Part shown: piece after piece, positions 60,891 to 64,000 of the stretch
How positions within the stretch are numbered: position 1 is the stretch's first letter
Layout of the letters: every line of letters begins with the position of its first letter
Origin: Macrostomum lignano
Taxonomy: Eukaryota
Reading direction: 5' to 3'
Assembly: GCA_002269645.1 (NCBI GenBank)
Contig: NIVC01001482.1
Coordinates: 124,001-188,000, forward strand
DNA: 64,000 nt
Position numbers and translations under genes: made by a program
The notes under the pieces: model-generated
What the model saw: the letters and a program-made list of their open reading frames with translations, nothing else
Databases searched by the model: none
What the model was told of the DNA's origin: nothing

Positions 60891-62266
60891 TTATTTTCCA
60901 GCAGCAGATTCCGGCGCATGTGAAGCCAGGCCCAGCCGTGCTTCAATCCTACGCAGCCTGTCAGTAACCGAGGACTCCAGGTAGCCCACAGACTCTGCCA
61001 GACACATGAGCTCAGCGGTCAGGGCGTCAACAAGACGGCGGTTGCTTTCTGCCTACTCTGAGGCAGTGCGACGGGATGAGGCCAACTCAGCTGACAGGCG
61101 GCGATGGTCCGACTCCACCTGAGTGAGGATAGTATCAGATGGGGATAATTGTGAAATCCGATGAGGGTAGAGCAATCCGATGGTGATAATTGAGAAATCA
61201 GATGGGATAAATGAGAAATTTCATGGGAGAATTAAGAAATCTCATGGGATAATAAAAAAATCTCAAGGTATGATTGAGAAATCCCATGGGATAATTGAGA
61301 AATCTCATGGGATAATTGAGAAATCTCATGGGAGAATTAAGAAATCAGTTGCTCACAGATTTCAAGCGCCGCAGCAGTTCCGCCTGCGACACAGATGACT
61401 CATCATCATCTCTGCATAAGTTGTTATGATTATTAGTTTGCACTGAGGCGTCACAGGTGCGAGTTCGAGCCGCATATGAAGTGGGATTCGATGCAGGCTG
61501 CCTGGGATTGGCGGTGACCTCAGCCCGAGCAGGCAGCATCATCACTGGCTGCTCATGGGATAAATCTCATGGGATAATAAAAAAATCTCAAGGTATGATT
61601 GAGAAATCCCATGGGATAATTGAGAAATCTCATGGGATAATTGAGAAATCTCATGGGAGAATTAAGAAATCAGTTGCTCACAGATTTCAAGCGCCGCAGC
61701 AGTTCCGCCTGCGACACAGATGACTCATCATCATCTCTGCATAAGTTGTTATGATTATTAGTTTGCACTGAGGCGTCACAGGTGCGAGTTCGAGCCGCAT
61801 ATGAAGTGGGATTCGATGCAGGCTGCCTGGGATTGGCGGTGACCTCAGCCCGAGCAGGCAGCATCATCACTGGCTGCTGCTTCCCCTCAGTGGTTGGCTG
61901 TCTCAGATTTTTGCCAATCCCATCGCCGAAAACTGATCCACAGGTAGCCAGCGCTGTCTCGGTTCGTTCTAGCAGCTCGGCAAGCTGGGCGCTGTCGTTG
62001 ACAGCAGCGCAGACAGGTGACAGCTCAGTCTCGTCGAATTTCTGCCTGTCGGTTTCTTCTGAGCGATGCTGTCGCTTCTTCTGCTGTTGCTGCAACTGCG
62101 GAGCTTTGATCCGAACTGCGCCGAAATTTCTAGGCGCAGCTCGTTCGTGTCGGTCGTGCAGTTCAGCCTGGGTGGCTCGATGAGCGTCCAGATCTGTGAC
62201 TGTCCAGTCCCAGGGCTTGGCTGCCGCGGCTGGGGCCTTGGCTGCTACTGACTGCGGCTTGACTGG
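60891..62266 (-). CDS. Unknown low-complexity/coiled-coil protein, last two exons, with an in-frame TAG
   Basis: Exon 62266-61682 (195 codons, CAG acceptor, GTGAGC donor) and exon 61118-60891 (VESDHRRLSAELASSRRTASE*AESNRRLVDALTAEL...RLRRIEARLGL...GK*). TAG at 61055-61053; the frame then stays open to TAA. Upstream exons not found. Confidence 0.6.
61236..61878. repeat. 325-bp tandem segmental duplication spanning an exon end and 21-bp intron repeats
   Basis: Identical text at offset 325 (for example GCAGCAGTTCC at 61371 and 61696). Intron part consists of GAGAAATCTCATGGGATAATT units. Confidence 0.95.
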
Positions 62267-62589
62267 CTGAAGTGTCAGTTTTATGCTCTTCACATACATA
62301 CATGCGCAACCTCCAAAATTCGGTTGGCCATACGACTTAGTTTTAACAAAAATGCGACGTAGTTTTTGGCCAAAAATGCGACACATGTAAAAAACCCTAA
62401 AGCAAAATTAACGCAACTTTGGGTAAACGGCAGGAGTAACTATGACTGTCTTATTAAGTCAAAATGCCTCGTCAGCTACTTAGTACTACTACTTTGGTAT
62501 TTTTTTGGGTGGGCATTTTTGCGACTTCCTTGGTTGGCCGCCAAATCGGTCGGCCGCATCGGCCGACTGTTGGGCATGTATGTTCACAT

Positions 62590-62760
62590 AGCACTGAGGC
62601 CATTCTGATAATTCCATTGATTCCTGAGCACATACAAACATGCCAATACTATACAAAGACATGTACTCATACACAGACTCACATAGGGTGCACAGCCATC
62701 CTGACTTTCTAATTGCCAGGCATGTACACTCTCCGTGCCTTGGGGGGTTTGCCTTCTAGA
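62590..62760 (-). mobile_element. Diverged fragment of the SINE body seen at 265-630
   Basis: Colinear similarity, for example GGCATGTACACTCTCCGTGCCTTGGGGGGTT versus GGCATGTACATTTCACTGCGCCTTGGGGGGTT (461-492). Confidence 0.65.
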
Positions 62761-63294
62761 ATATAAATTGCAAATAAACCTATAAAATCCAAATTAATAT
62801 ATATGTATAGATATGAACATGAACTAGACTCTACAGGTTACAATGCAAGAGTTGGACATTTGCCAGTAGTAATCAGTCTAATTTCTATTATACCACTTAT
62901 TAGGTTTAATAGACATACAAAGCAGACATAAATAAAGGGATTTTTTTATTATTTTGCTTCATTATAGCCAATGCATTTTTTATAGATAACAATCTAGTGC
63001 AATTTAAAATTGGTTAGGGCCTAAAACATTGGCATATCAATATTCAAGTATCTTTATTTCTTTTTATTGGTACATTTTTGTATTTTTTAATAACAATGCT
63101 GCCAAATTTAATATTATGATGGCAAATTTAGGTTTTATCCAAAATTTACTAAAAATAGCTTGCTAATTATTATTTCTATAAGTGAAAAAAAGATAAAAAC
63201 AATTGAAATTTATATATCAACAATGGTATAGCCAGGAATTTCAATTGGGGGGGGGGGCAGGTTGGCCTGGCTAGCCATGCCTTATGCCATTGCC

Positions 63295-64000
63295 ACTTTT
63301 GGCACCACAAGCACTCATTTTAGTGTTGCAGGCACTCATTTTAGTGCTGCAGGCAACTCATTTTAGTGCCACAGGCACTCATTTTGGCACCACAAGCACT
63401 CATTTTGGCACTGCAGGCACTCATTTTAGCGTTGCAAGCACTCATTTTGCAACCGTAGGCACTCATTTTGGCGCTGCAGGCACTCATTTTAGTGTTGCAG
63501 GCACTCATTTTAGTGCTGCAGGCAACTCATTTTAGTGCCACAGGCACTCATTTTGGCACCACAAGCACTCATTTTGGCACTGCAGGCACTCATTTTAGCG
63601 TTGCAAGCACTCATTTTGCAACCATAGGCACTCATTTTGGCGCTGCAGGCACTCATTTTAGTGTTGCAGGCACTCATTTTAGTGCTGCAGGCAACTCATT
63701 TTAGTGCCACAGGCACTCATTTTGGCACCACAAGCACTCATTTTGGCACTGCAGGCACTCATTTTAGCGTTGCAAGCACTCATTTTGCAACCGTAGGCAC
63801 TCATTTTGGCGCTGCAGGCACTCATTTTAGTGTTGCAGGCACTCATTTTAGTGCTGCAGGCAACTCATTTTAATGCCACAGGCACTCATTTTGGCACCAC
63901 AAGCACTCATTTTGGCACTGCAGGCACTCATTTTAGCGTTGCAAGCACTTATTTTGCAACCGTAGGCACTCATTTTGGCGCTGCAGGCACTCATTTTAGT
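63295..64000. repeat. Satellite of ~23-25 bp subunits in a 169-bp higher-order repeat, runs off the window
   Basis: GCACTCATTTT core. GTTGCAAGCA recurs at 63431, 63600, 63769 and 63938. Confidence 0.96.

Noticed and set aside
12811-61055. Alternative nuclear genetic code suggested by in-frame TGA, TAA and TAG
   Set aside because: ARF6 and SLC4 end in TAA, ZIP and DM9 in TGA and SELENOM in TAG at the expected positions. Only the SelM UGA has a recoding signal.

Overview
Eukaryotic (metazoan invertebrate) genomic DNA with GC-rich spliced exons, AT-rich intergenic DNA and introns filled with minisatellites. The style resembles a free-living flatworm such as Macrostomum, but that assignment is inference only. 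Genes reconstructed by hand: a divergent ARF6 (+), a tetraspanin with two in-frame stops (-), selenoprotein M with in-frame UGA and a predicted type II SECIS (+), a LIV-1 family SLC39A zinc transporter (+), a 9-exon Na+-coupled-type SLC4 bicarbonate transporter of about 966 aa (+), a DM9-repeat protein with a probable GC-AG intron (-), and a coiled-coil gene with a nonsense codon and a 325-bp partial exon duplication (-). The first 7.2 kb is a transposon pile-up: a full-length tRNA-derived SINE, two MITE-like elements, a dead mariner carrying a nested hAT-type MITE, and a foldback/MULE-like element that splits a 225-codon ORF. About 30 tandem arrays explain nearly all long ORFs in the supplied track. 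The most unusual pattern is that many unrelated intronic arrays start at, or share sequence with, the splice donor (core GAGTGA/GAGTGAC). No CRISPR array, rRNA or intact tRNA gene was seen.
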